Part shown: positions 48,294 to 60,755 of the stretch, piece by piece
How positions within the stretch are numbered: the stretch's first letter is position 1
Layout: each line of letters begins with the position of its first letter
Origin: Octopus sinensis
Taxonomy: Eukaryota
Length of the DNA: 64,000 nt
Assembly: GCF_006345805.1 (NCBI RefSeq)
Contig: NC_043003.1
Span: 80,352,001-80,416,000 of the forward strand
Direction of reading: 5' to 3'
Program-made: the position numbers and the translations under genes
The notes under the pieces: model-generated
Database searches by the model: none
The model's input: the letters and a program-made list of their open reading frames with translations, nothing else
Told to the model about the DNA's origin: nothing

Positions 48294-51200
48294 AATGTGA
48301 ATGTGCACAACACTAATTTAGTTTCTAGGGCAGATACGTTAAGAATGAAGGTTACGGGTTTTATTCTTCACGAAATCGACTGTGTTCACGCAAGAAATAT
48401 GATTTCCTTTCCTGTTCTTTTCTATTAACTTATCAAAATATGGAAATATTCATTATTGAAGTTATTGATCAAGATCAGAAATAGTTTATCTAAAAAGGGG
48501 AAGGTAGACAATTTCTAATCTGAATACATGTCTATGCTAAAAATATTTACTTTAGTTGTAATATATGAGTTAGAGATAGATGTAGATTAGCGATGGAAAA
48601 TTAGATAATTATGACTCCAGTTACTTAATAATATTCTAGAGCTCACTTTTAAGTATGCTGGAACTAATGAAGGTTCCCATGAAAATAAAAATTCGTATTA
48701 ATTCAAATGATGTCCGCAGATTTCTGTGATTGGACTCTGTTAGTCTAACACTACTATCAAATAAAATTCTGATAATATAAAAGTGTTAATTAGAATCTGG
48801 TGTATATGATACACTCAAGACTATAACCTCAATAGCATTCTTCTCTTTCAAGTTTTCCCGCAATATTCTAATCAACAACTTTTGGAATTCCACATAAATC
48901 ATTCTTATATTAATAACGTTTTTGTCATTCTTGTTATGGTTCAACCAAAAGTAGAAGGGCAGCGTACATGATCTTTCAAGTTTTCTTTTGCAAAACGTCT
49001 GAAACTGGAGTGTGTTTGTGTATGTTGGAACGCAGAAGAAACCACAGCTCAAATTCACATTATTCTCAGGTCATAAACCTGGTTCAAATGCTGTCGGCAG
49101 AAAAGACGCCGTTATAGAAATCAGAAAATCCAGATGGTGGTATTAAACCAAACAACAATTACATCGTATCCGGCAACATTCTGCACAATTTCCTGTTTAT
49201 ACAGCTTGCCTCACAAGGCAGAGAACAGTACAACGCTTCGACCAAAAATATCATGAATGCCATGATGTCTGAATATTTAGCACTCTCTACACATATAACC
49301 TATATATTTCCCAAATCATAGTACATAAAATAGAATCAACTGGTGTAGCGCAACAAAGTTATTCTAGCATTTGTTATTTTTATTATTTTTTTTTTTAAAT
49401 TCTGTTTTATCTGTGAGGCGTAAATTGTATATGCAAATAAGATTATTATATTTACTATTTTTTAGTCTTATTTTGCGTAGTCATAAATGTTTAAAACGAA
49501 TATTTAGAAAATGTATAAGCACTATACATTACATTGAACAGTGGAACAGTGGAAATAGATGAAATGTTTGGTATTTTCTACATTCAAATTTCATTTGGTA
49601 TTATCGCAACTAAATTCGACATAAATAAATTTTGGAGACTAAGGTGATAAATGGTTTGAGTAAAATATAGTTACGCTGCAAAATTATTGTAACGATTAGT
49701 TTGGTTTTTATTGATATTTTGAAAAGATAATTCACTCACTTGTTCTTTATACATAGCTACTGGTATGCAAATTCATTTTAACACTCGCATATGTGTCCAT
49801 GTGTACATAGTTGGGTATACATAGATATTTTATATACATCACAGACGCAGACACAATGTGTGTCTATGTGTTTATGAAGTAAACTGAACATAGATAACAC
49901 TTTCAGATTACAACTTGGCTCAATCGACTATTTTTTAAACAGAAACGTCAGCTGTACGTCCACAAAATATTGGAAAAGAAAGAAATAGAAAGCGGAGTGA
50001 ATTATTCTTGTAAATGTTTTAAATTCTGGTTATTATCTTCCATATATCAGAGAAGTCCTCTTTGAAATACCCGAGTGAAAACCGGTTATAACTCACAGCA
50101 GGTCGACAATTATTCACTATCATATTTAAGATTAGTGTCTGATTGACCATATGACATTGTGGTCTCTCGCATGTTTCCCGATTTCTAATTAAACGGTGAA
50201 ATTGACGGATAACTTTCTAGAAAGTGAAGACATAATCAAGTGTTGCATTGGTGGAATAAACATTTGAAAGAAATGTTTCCACGTCTTAAGACGAGACATC
50301 AGCATGGCATGCGATATTTCTCTTTCAGCATTTACCCTTTAAAAGGAGATCTATATTTTGGTAATTGCATGACGGCTATTTCTACTTATTGTATATATTT
50401 TCGTATTTTGTATGATAGTGGAGATGATTTTATAAAGTTGCTGCTCGCATCCATATTGGTGGGGTTGGAATGGATGACCTATCTGGATAAGACTTCCGAA
50501 TGGGTTATGTAATGTTATAGACCACTGCTTTTATGCTATATGTTATGCCATATAGCAATTTCTTACATGGAATTTTTCGGATAGTACTTGACTTTCTTTT
50601 ACTTTCCAATCCATTGACCAATAAAGTCGACCGAAGACTGATTGAACAACTCCGTGATCCTGTTAATAATCTTTGTTTATTATACTCATAGTTAACATAT
50701 ATCATATTGTAGAGACTTACAACATAATATTGTGTTAATCACTGATATGTTCTTTAGCTACAAATTATTCAAAAATTAAATACAGTCCCCACCATCAAAA
50801 TAGAGTATTTACTATGTGAATCAATATTTAGAAAGATACACAGAATGTGATCAATGCAACGGACAACCATGAACTACCAGGCGAAAGTCCTTCCCAACTA
50901 GAGTGGAACTTTTCTTACAATCACTCATAGAAAAAGAAGCTATAGGATGGCGGAGTAAGGGTGGTTCTCGCTAGATGCATGAGGTCAGGGAAGTCGCGTG
51001 ATCGATTGAAGAGACTGGTCGGAAATATAGGATTCAGTGAGGTCGCGTGTGAACGACCAGCGTCGGCCCATTTTGCCTTTATCTATCGCTTGGAAGGGAT
51101 GTTGGTGCTGTGTCAACTCGCGTTATATACTGCTGGGTTCTGGATAGGGAATAAGCGGGTAGGGCTTACATCTAGACAAGATCGACGATAGGAGAGGACA

Positions 51201-51693
51201 AGCATAATAGTTGAGTTACATTATTTTCTCTTCGAATAAAATCAATGTTTGAAAATCATGTACAATATAAATGAGAATGAAACGATACCACAGTCAAAGC
51301 ACAAACATACGTCAGATATCTATAATAAAAAAAAACAGCTCGAGGCGTTCAGATCAAGTGCTTTAACTTAATAAACAATACAGAATTAAATGAAAAAGCA
51401 GAAAATACACTTTCCTACACAATCTTCTCCGTTTAAAAAAAATAATATTAACCACTAACGTATTTATATTTGTCTCCAAAGCAAGAAATTTACATGAGGC
51501 AATATTAAACATTTTCAGGTACATTATATGCAACAACATAACAACACATAGAAAGCGATCACCAGCTACAGAGACATAAACCATGTGTTCCCGAAACAAC
51601 AATCAGGCCCCTCGTAAACGCTATGCCAAAAAGCATGTCTTCATCACTTTGAAGGACCAAAGAAAATCTTCAAAATCTCAATGACATATACAT

Positions 51694-52091
51694 AGGTACA
51701 GGCATGGCTGTGTGGTAAGAAGATTGCTTCCCAATCATAAGGTTCCGGGTTCAGTTCCCCTGCGGGGTACCTTGATCAAGTGTCTTCTATATCGTTGAGC
51801 CTACCTGGAGAGTGTATATGGTAGACGGAAACTGAAAGAAACTCGTAGTGTATATACATATATATGTGTGTGTGTGTACGTGCGTGCATCTTTGTGTATG
51901 TGTCTGTTTTCTACCACCACTTGGCAACTTTTGTTGGGGTGTTTACGTCTCCGTAACCTAGCGGTTCGGCCTAAGATCTCTAAAGAAGAAGTACCAGTCT
52001 TTAGAAAGTACTGGATTCGATTCACTCGTTTAAAAATTCTTGAAGGTGGTGCCCCAGAATGGCCGTAGTGTAATGACTGAAACAAGTAAAA
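51694..52091 (+). mobile_element. SINE family 2, near full length
   Basis: GGCATGGCTGTGTGGTAAGAAG (A-box), GGGTTCAGTTCC (B-box), core GTACCTTGATCAAGTGTCTTCTA, central microsatellite, tail AATGACTGAAACAAGTAAAA. Confidence 0.88.
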
Positions 52092-52934
52092 ACATAAAAG
52101 ATAAAAGTTACTATAATCTTACTAAATATTATTTTAGTATTGCAACTTAAGCTATCTAGTCTTAATTTTAAAATGTTTTTATAGCACTGTATGGGTCAAA
52201 ACGTTATACCGCGTAAGAGCTTCGGAACCATAACAAATGCACATTTACGAGGATTATTCATTTCGCTGGAAGATTCATTAATATAACGCGTACTTCTCGC
52301 AGATCATGCTAAATACCACTATATCTATCAAAACGTCATGCTGGGTTAAAAAAGAAAACCTCATCGTTTATATCTTTATGTTAACCTGACAACAATATGT
52401 GCGATATTAAGCTTGTTCTTACTTAATCTATTCAAAATCTCTGTTAATAGCAGTCTGCACATGAATGATGGGATAACGGTTTCAAATATGGCAAGTGATG
52501 GTACAGATGATATACCAGGAAAACAAATAATTACAATATTGGATTCACTTGGCCTGGTGGTGGTGGTGGGGGTGACAGGTGAAGAGAAGCATAAAACTGC
52601 ATATTTTATGAATATCACACACTAAACTCGATATTGTCTGAGGTCTATCAATCAAACAGCGATTCATTCTAGTGTCATTATCCAGCTAGCCACCGAACTG
52701 AACAACGCACGTAGAAATAAGCGTCAGAAAAGTGGTATGCTAGTTATAACCCAAAGAATATACATTCAGATGAGTCACATAGAAGTACAGAAAGTAAGAT
52801 ATATTACAATATGAAGAAAGAACTAAGCACTTACGAATATATTAAAAAGCATTACGAATTAAAGTGTTTGTTGTCTACACAACTATACAACAATTATGTA
52901 TAAAAGCAATATTGTCAAATATTTTGTAGCCATA

Positions 52935-53143
52935 ATATCCTTACTAATATAAGTACGAGGCCTGGAATTTGCGGGTAGGGGAACTAGTCGATTTTATCGA
53001 TCCCAGTGATGAACAGGCACTTAATTTACCGATCCCGAAAGGGTGAAACGTAAAGTCAGCAGAAATGAACTCAGAACATAAAGACAGGTGAAATGCCGCC
53101 ATGCATATTGACCAGCGCGCTAACGATTCTGCTATGTCGCCGC
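52935..53143 (-). mobile_element. SINE family 1, old copy
   Basis: GCGGCGACATAGCAGAATCGTTAGCGCG head, GAGTTCATTTC B-box remnant, type-2 tail. Confidence 0.75.
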
Positions 53144-56100
53144 TTTTTTGGTGCCCATAATACGAAAACATTTTCAGAAGAACCATTAATTCCACCAATA
53201 ACTTAACATCAACATTATAAAGATGTGCTACATTTATATGACAAAGATACATAGACATTAAGGTCAACAATGGAAAAATATTCAAACAAGACTAGATCAA
53301 GTGGAACCGATAGACAAATCCAGAATATACCGCTTTAAAGCATATATATTTAGAACTTTCGAGGGCGCCCATATGATTAGTCAGTGGTAAACAACGTACG
53401 GATATTTTGATGCATATCAACGTGTATAATCCTTATTTCAATAAAATTATTATCATGCACCAATTTATTCTTAAATATAAAAATTGAAATAAATTCAATA
53501 TGATGGCACACGACCCAGATCCAAAAAAAATTTAAGGGGAATTTATATCATGTCTGACAAAAGACATCCGATTGATTATGACAAAAGTGCCACTCCATTG
53601 CTTTCTCTAACTCGGGAATGCGTACGTAAACAGAGTAGCCGATTGGCAAAAAAAAAACATGGTTCCGTGTTTCATCCTTTTCTTGCATAAATAATGGTGA
53701 ATCAGAATCTACACGCTTGAAAAGAAATTGTGATTATGACCTCAGTATTTGTGTCACAAAAGACATATTTACCAAAATTACATGAAAATATCTTGAAATA
53801 CTAAAGAGTAAATTCGTTTAATAAAATCAGCGTTGGCTTGAACCACGACATCCAGATGATTCCGTAATCTCTTGCAACTCTTCTGGCCGGTCTCATTGTT
53901 TAAGTTGGTGAATGCTGTGAAGTCGACAAAATCAAAAACAAACAATGCAAGAGCACGAAATTAAAAATATAAAACGGCGAAAATTTACTTATCGCAGGCT
54001 GTATCTATCTATCTTTCGGTCTGTCTGCCTGTCTGTCTGCCTGTCTGCCTTCCTGTCTGTCTCTTTCTCTCTCTCTCTCTCTTTATATAGATAGACAGAT
54101 AGATATAGATATATAATATATATATATAATATAAGTAGGTATATATATATATATATATATGTATATGCTTGTACGTATATAAATATCTACACACACACAC
54201 ACCACACACACACACACATACTATTCTGAACAAGAATATCAACTACAATGTCTTCGAATTTTCGGCCAGTTAGACCATCATCGCAATGCCTTGTCTATAT
54301 GTAAGTTGCTCTAAAATTTGAAGGGAATGTTCAAAGTACAAATAGATACAGGTCGGTTTGGGATTACTAAAAAAGGCGCATGATTTCGATAATTATCCTC
54401 GACAACACGGATAAGGTGTATACAAAATGCTGCAGTTGTAATAACCGCAGTAACAGTAGCACTGCTACAATATCCCTGGGATTGACATGAGTATGTGTAA
54501 TATCAATATCGTATAACCCACATTGATTTAACACGCGAGCAATACTCTGTTTTCAGCTTTGAATGACCAGTGGATATATATCAGAGGCTGCCATTTACCG
54601 CATGATTAATAAACACCCAGATTTTGACATGCCGGCCAGGCTGAAGTGATTTATCACCAAAGAATGCCTCTTCGCGTATTCAGTATTTTCTCTTATCCTC
54701 CGTTTTATTTCAATTTTCGATCTATCTTTTTTTTTTTCTGTCAAGCACACACCATCATCATTTTTCGTTTCTTTTCCATTCAGTAAAAGAATGAGCTATT
54801 CTCCTAGATAATAACTATTTACTGTAATGGCAGCAAGCAAACAGTAGAAAAGCGACATTTCATGGATAGGATTAAGGCTTAGGGCGAGGGTTTGGGTTGT
54901 AAATAGTTGTCATCATTCATTAATAGATTCGCCTGAGTAAATATTTGTCGACTCACATTGTTTTAGAAATAAAATTAGTTTTAATCAATCGAATTCCCCA
55001 CTACAAGGTTTAAAAAATATTAATAATCTATTCGATTTTTAAAGTATGAAGAATGAGAAAACACTTAAGACCAGATTACACAAAATGTAAAGTGGCAGTT
55101 GAACAAATTTCATTATAGTTCTGCATAGAAATATAACATCAAGATAGAAACAAAATATCAGAATGGAAAAATGATCTACTTAAGTTTTGGATAATTGATA
55201 TACGCCACAAAATCATTATTTTCAATTACGAGCAGTGTTTGGTTATAACGTTTCTTAGTAGACTCTAGTGATTCACATATTATCGAAGTTTACTGGGAAC
55301 ACGTCTTAGGTTTCCATTTCTAAATATTTCTTGATTAAAGTCAACTTTGGCAGCTCTTACGAGAATAAGTCAATTATTGAATCAATGGAGAATGGTATGT
55401 ACTATTTCTTTAAACATCCAGATTTATACTAAGCAACTATTGTACTATTATTTTTAATGTTGTTGTTCTTGCTAGTGGTGGTGGTGGTGGTGGTGTTCGT
55501 AGTAGTTGTAGTAGTGGTGGTGGTGGTGGTGGCAGTAGTATTGATGATGATGATATCACGCCGTGTTTGTGCCGCAGTACGGTATTGATCCAAAAGATAT
55601 GTAGTCACTGCCAATCCCTGTCTTGAAGACTTATTTTCTTTTCATTTCTTCGTTTCTTTTTATTGCTATAAAAAGCCACTATTCCCTTAGTTCCATGCCA
55701 ACACTTGTATACGGGGGAAGGCGATGTAGGTGGAAAACGTAGGAGGAGTTACAACTCTGGAGAGATGCCAGAAGATAAAGTCAGATGAATAAATTTCTGA
55801 AGATAGGTCATGTGACTCAGAAATAAACGCCCAATAAAATAAAAGTAAAAGATAATTAAATGAAACAGAGAAATTGTTTATCACCATGTTTATGCGTGTG
55901 TTCTTTTATATATTACAGAATAAATGAAAATATATCAACCACATATTGTTGTTAAAAGTTAACCATCTAAACGATTGCCTGAAGATAACTATATATGTAA
56001 CCGCTCTTTTTCTCCTTTGTCAGAGCGATACTGAGAAAATGAACTCTGCTATGTTATTTTCGGAAACCCCAACGGTGTCTAAATTACGTGACCTTTGCCA

Positions 56101-56744
56101 CGGCATAAGATATTAGACATTAGATCGCTTATCAATCGTAGACAGTAAGCAGTACATTGTTGATTAAATATATAAAAAGCAATTATTTTATCTGCTTAGG
56201 TGAAGGATCCGGATCCAGAAACATGGATTACTCATAAAATTGATGGTAATTTTCCAGTTCAAAAATATATAGTGATACGATTGATTAAATCTTATCAGTT
56301 TTATAAGGTTTCTAGATTATTCTACCTATGCTACGAATTCTGTACCCGGGGTCAGTAATTCAAACATTTTATTAAGTTTCTTGAGAAGACATTATTATAT
56401 TGTTTGTTATGTAAGTATATTTCTCGCCTCTTTGAAATTCATCATTACGTATGTGGACAGAATCGTCAAAAGGCTGCTTGTTCATTGATAGGCCAATAAG
56501 GAAACGTCTATGTTGTATAACAACATACTGGAAAATTAATCAAGTCGTATTCAAATCACATCTTATCGTCTTAAATGAAGATACGTTACACTGAATAATG
56601 TAGATTTAGCCACATTATGTCTAAGTAAAAAGGAAGAGGAAGGGTTAATAAAAAGGTCGAATTCACTATCTTTCATTCGGTTTTCCTGCCTATCCTCACC
56701 TATGGGGATCAATGATGAATAATGACTGAAAAAGTACGATCGCA

Positions 56745-56950
56745 AAAACAAATGGCCGAAAAGGGTTTCTTTCGAAGGATCTTTGGAATAACGTCATACG
56801 TTGCTGCGTAGCCCGTAGATCTGGGAGTCTCTCTAAACCGAGGCGCTATTTCTCCACCTTGGGAAGCCACAGCTCGAGTACTACGGACATGGGATTAGAA
56901 TATCGCAGGAAAAAATCGCAAATGGATTCTTCAAGTCAAGCCAACTTGTA
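56745..56950 (+). mobile_element. RTE-clade fragment, same family as 42950-44030
   Basis: Shares GGTTTCTTTCGAAGGATCTTTGGAATAA with 43673-43700 and continues in colinear homology. Confidence 0.7.
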
Positions 56951-57085
56951 GCAGCCCTAGAAGTAGACCAAGAAGGAGATCATTGGATAATATCCATAGT
57001 CGCAGCAATTTAATGAATAATATAACTATGTGTATCGGCTGTCAACATACACAGCCACCTCCACTACCATCAGCAACAGCAGTGG

Positions 57086-57420
57086 GGGCGCAATGGCTTA
57101 ATGGTTAGGGCAGTGGACTCGCGGTCGGAGGATCGTGGTTTCGATACCCAGACCGGGCGTTGTCTGTGTTTATTGAGCGAAAACACCTAAAGCTCTACGA
57201 GACTCAGGCGGGGGGGGGGTACCCTTTTATACTCTTTCGCTCCAACTTTCTCTCACTCTTTCTTCCTGTTTCTTGTCCCCGACTTCCTACGCAACCGCTG
57301 AGCCTGGATGCGCATTCATCCATCCGTCGATGCTCTCGGTATCGGGGGTTGACTTGCTTTCTCTTCTGCGAGTCTTACGAATAGCAAAGGACCACGTTTC
57401 GGACTTCTCCCACTGGACGA
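57086..57420 (+). mobile_element. tRNA-Arg(TCG)-like SINE, family 3, tail B
   Basis: Head and body homologous to 36489-36690, then a different 3' half. Confidence 0.82.
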
Positions 57421-57789
57421 AGACGGCTACGCTAGCACCAAGAACACCATCAGCAGCAGCACCAGATCCACCCCACCACCACTAACGTCTCACTTCCCCA
57501 TCTCATTCTTCGTCCTATCCTCTTTTTCTCTCTCCACTGTTTCCTTTCTGCTCTCTTTCCCTTAAACTAATCACCTGAAAGCGTAACAATTACATTCCCT
57601 CTAGCTCACGTCATGGACCCTTTTCTCTCCCTCTTTTCTTTCTCCCTCTTTTTCTCTAATCATCATGTGAAAGCGTTACCGACGGGCGAAGTAACGCAAT
57701 AAGTAAAATTATTATAAAATAACAGCAAGAACAACAACAACAACAATTAGTATGTGTATATAAGTATATGTGTGTGTGTAGTAGCCTCA

Positions 57790-57990
57790 TCATCATCATT
57801 ATCATCAGCATCAGCAGCAGTAGCACTTGCAGCAGCAGCAGAAAGAGCAGCAGTAGTAGTTGTAGTAGTTGTTGTTGTTGTTGTAATAGTTGTGGTATTA
57901 GTAGTAGTTGTTGTTGTTGTAAGAGTAGTAGTAGTAGTAGTAGTTGTTGTAATAGTAGTAGTAGTAGTAGTAGCAGTAGTAGTAGTAGTG

Positions 57991-58040
<50 letters not shown>
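57790..58040. repeat. Compound (GCA)/(GTT)/(GTA)n microsatellite
   Basis: Visible runs; explains the poly-T/V/S ORFs. Confidence 0.95.
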
Positions 58041-58853
58041 CAAAATAACGATTTCCACATGAAATGCCGATGCTATAAATATTTCAATAGAAAGAAGATA
58101 AGGAGACAATCTGCCCGATTATTTTTGGCACTAAATACTGTTGTGTCTTCTAACAAACATCCAGCGGTCATGTGTTCTGTTTCACAACAGCAAGAGACAC
58201 ACATTCTTATAACCAGCTGGAATGAACAACAGTATTTCCTACTGGTGTAGGGAATGAATTTTGAATAATTGATCGTAGAAATTCTGAAACCATTCGCAAA
58301 ACTCAAACCGTTTGCTCAATCGGATTTCTATTTTCTCTGTTCTGTAAAATGGGTGCTAAATATTTGTTGCTATTCTTGAAAATATATCAATCTAACTTGC
58401 TGCTAAAATGGAGTGACAAAAAAATGTTCAGTTTTAAAGATATATGACAAGCGGTGCTTTCCTCGTGCAATAAAACAATATCCCACAATGCATTTACAGT
58501 ACCATTAACGACAATTTATGATACATGATTGATTTATATAGGAAATCCGTCGACAGATATTAAATCCTGCAAAATCCCGACATTTTCCACAGAAACAGTA
58601 ATATTGAAAGACTCTCTCTCGGAAGAAAAGAAGACGATGAGGCGAAAAGAGAAGGATTGAGCTAAAAAAACAATGTAGAAAGCCTTTAAATGTCACATGG
58701 TATTATTTACATAACATTTCATAATAAACAGCAACAAATAAATATACTACGTATTCAAAAGTAAAGAAAACGTTCTGAAAGCCGGAGTGAAATCGTCATA
58801 ATGTATTTATTTCTTGATGACCATCCGTACGACTCCCGAAATACAGTAGCGGC

Positions 58854-60630
58854 CATAATATACGGGTCGGTAAGAACAAGTGTATTCAAATATTTATTAC
58901 AGAAGATGAACAAAACGTTGAGACTAGATATTTTACACATATTTAGATATATCTAATACCTACCCCTCACGAAATTTTAAAGTGAATGGAATAAATATTT
59001 CGTAAGTTATGAGGAAATAAACGAAGAATCTTCCAAACTGCAACGAACAAATGTTAAGGGTCACTTAGAAAAACAAAGAAAAAAGGAACACGAACAAAAA
59101 AGAAACCCTTACTGTTAATATTTTGCGAAAATCCATTTATTATCAATGACCTCCTGTAATCTGCTACCACAGGACTGAATAAATTTCTTGCATATTAATT
59201 TCTTCAATAATTGCCAGTGTTTATCTTGGTTCTTTGGATTTCTCCTTTGCGTCCCATCTCCAATAATCTCCCAAACGTGTTCTATTGGGTTGAGATCCTT
59301 TGAAGTGGCAAGTCTATGCGATCAACCCCTTCGTCACTCAAAAGATATTTGAGTCTCTTCGCAGTGTGACGTGAAGCGTTGTCCTGCTCGAAGATAGGAG
59401 GTTCAATTGACGGGGATCGAAGATGTGAAAGGCATGCTGTCTAAGAAACTGCTTGTAGATTTCAGCATTGACACTCCCTTGTAGGCGAATAAGCGGACCA
59501 GGACCAGCAGCAGCAGAGATAACTCCCGTACCATTACCCTGCCTCTTCCATATTTCACTGTTTTCTTCACACATGCTCGAGATAATCTTTCGCAAATTCT
59601 TCGTCGGACGTAATACAGCCATTGGAACAAATCGCATTAAACTTAGATTCATCGCTAAAATGAACCTGCAACTACTATTTTTTTTGTCCAAACGACATGT
59701 TCGAGGGCGAAACAGAGACGGACTCTTTGAATCCTCTTGAAGAGCAGAAGTTTCTTTATCGGTACTCGATCAAGCAAACTAGAACCTCGTAACCTCCGAG
59801 AAACTATTTTGTGTGATACCATGACATCGGAAGTGGAGCTAAATTCTTCACACATGCACGAGATAATCTTTCGCAAATTCTTCGTTGGACGTAATACAGC
59901 CATTGGAACCAATCGCATTAAACTTAGATTCATAGCTAAAATGAACTTGCAACTGCTGTTTTTTTGTCCAAACGCCATGTTCGAGGGCGACACAGAGACG
60001 GGCTCTTTGAATCCTCTTGAAGAGCAGAAGTTTCTTTACCGGTGCTCGATCAAGCAAACCAGAACCTCGTAACCTCCGAGAAACCATTTTGTGTGATACC
60101 ATGACATCGGAAGTGGAGCTAAATTCGCGGGATATCTCAGCAGCACTCTTGAACCTATCCTTCAGTGACGTTCTAACCATAATACGACCCTGTCTTGTTG
60201 AAATTTTACGAGCTACAATTCGTTGCACAACGCTTTTAGACCTTCCTACTATAGTTGTTTTCGGTGAAGGCACACAAACTTTGTTTTTCATCACAGGACA
60301 CCGGTCGTCTCTCACAAGCTGCTATGTTGACAGTTGAATGTTCCAGTAATGTGAGATCATAGAAGTAACCTTTACCCCATTAATGGTCTTCTAAACAACA
60401 AATAACCCGGTTAGTAGTTCATTTTTTTCTAAATGACCCTGAACTTTTGACCACTGTAATTAGGAAGTTTCTTTATTTCCTCATAACTTACAAAATATTT
60501 ATTACGTTCACTTGAAATTAGATATATCAAAATATGTGTAAAATATCTAGTCTCAACGTGTTGTTAATCTTGTATAATAACTATTTAAATACGCTTGTTC
60601 TTACTGGCCCTTATATTATGGCCGCTATAG
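58854..60630 (-). mobile_element. Full-length Tc1-family DNA transposon with about 170-190-bp TIRs and TA target duplication; transposase inactivated
   Basis: Left TA|CAGTAGCGGCCATAATA (58852); right TATTATGGCCGCTATAG|TA (60632); TIR homology extends through ACGTTGAGACTAGATATTTTACACATA and CGTAAGTTATGAGGAAATAAA. Transposase motifs: SRRLRGSGLL, VHFS(D/Y)ESKFN, AAAGPGPLIRLQGSVNA, DLNPIEHVW. Confidence 0.93.
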
Positions 60631-60699
60631 TACTGGTTTACCGTACCTCCAAAGAACATCTGCAAGAGAAACACCAGTCTTACTAGAAAATGTTATGTA

Positions 60700-60755
60700 T
60701 AGCGGTGCTCCAGTATGGTCACAGCCTAAGGGCTGAAACATATAAGAGAATAAAA
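60700..60755 (+). mobile_element. SINE family 2 tail stub
   Basis: GCGGTGCTCCAGTATGGTCACAGCC..CTGAAACATATAAGAGAATAAAAGAAT. Confidence 0.6.

Noticed and set aside
50860-51200. GC-richer island with 76-aa ORF 50961-51191
   Set aside because: No recognisable motif, non-ATG start; probably an unidentified old repeat.
55792-55840. CTGAAGA-TAGGTC(ATGT)GACTCA-GAAA hammerhead-like motif
   Set aside because: Stem III would be only 2 bp and non-palindromic, and stem I is pure A-T in AT-rich context; likely chance or too decayed to support.
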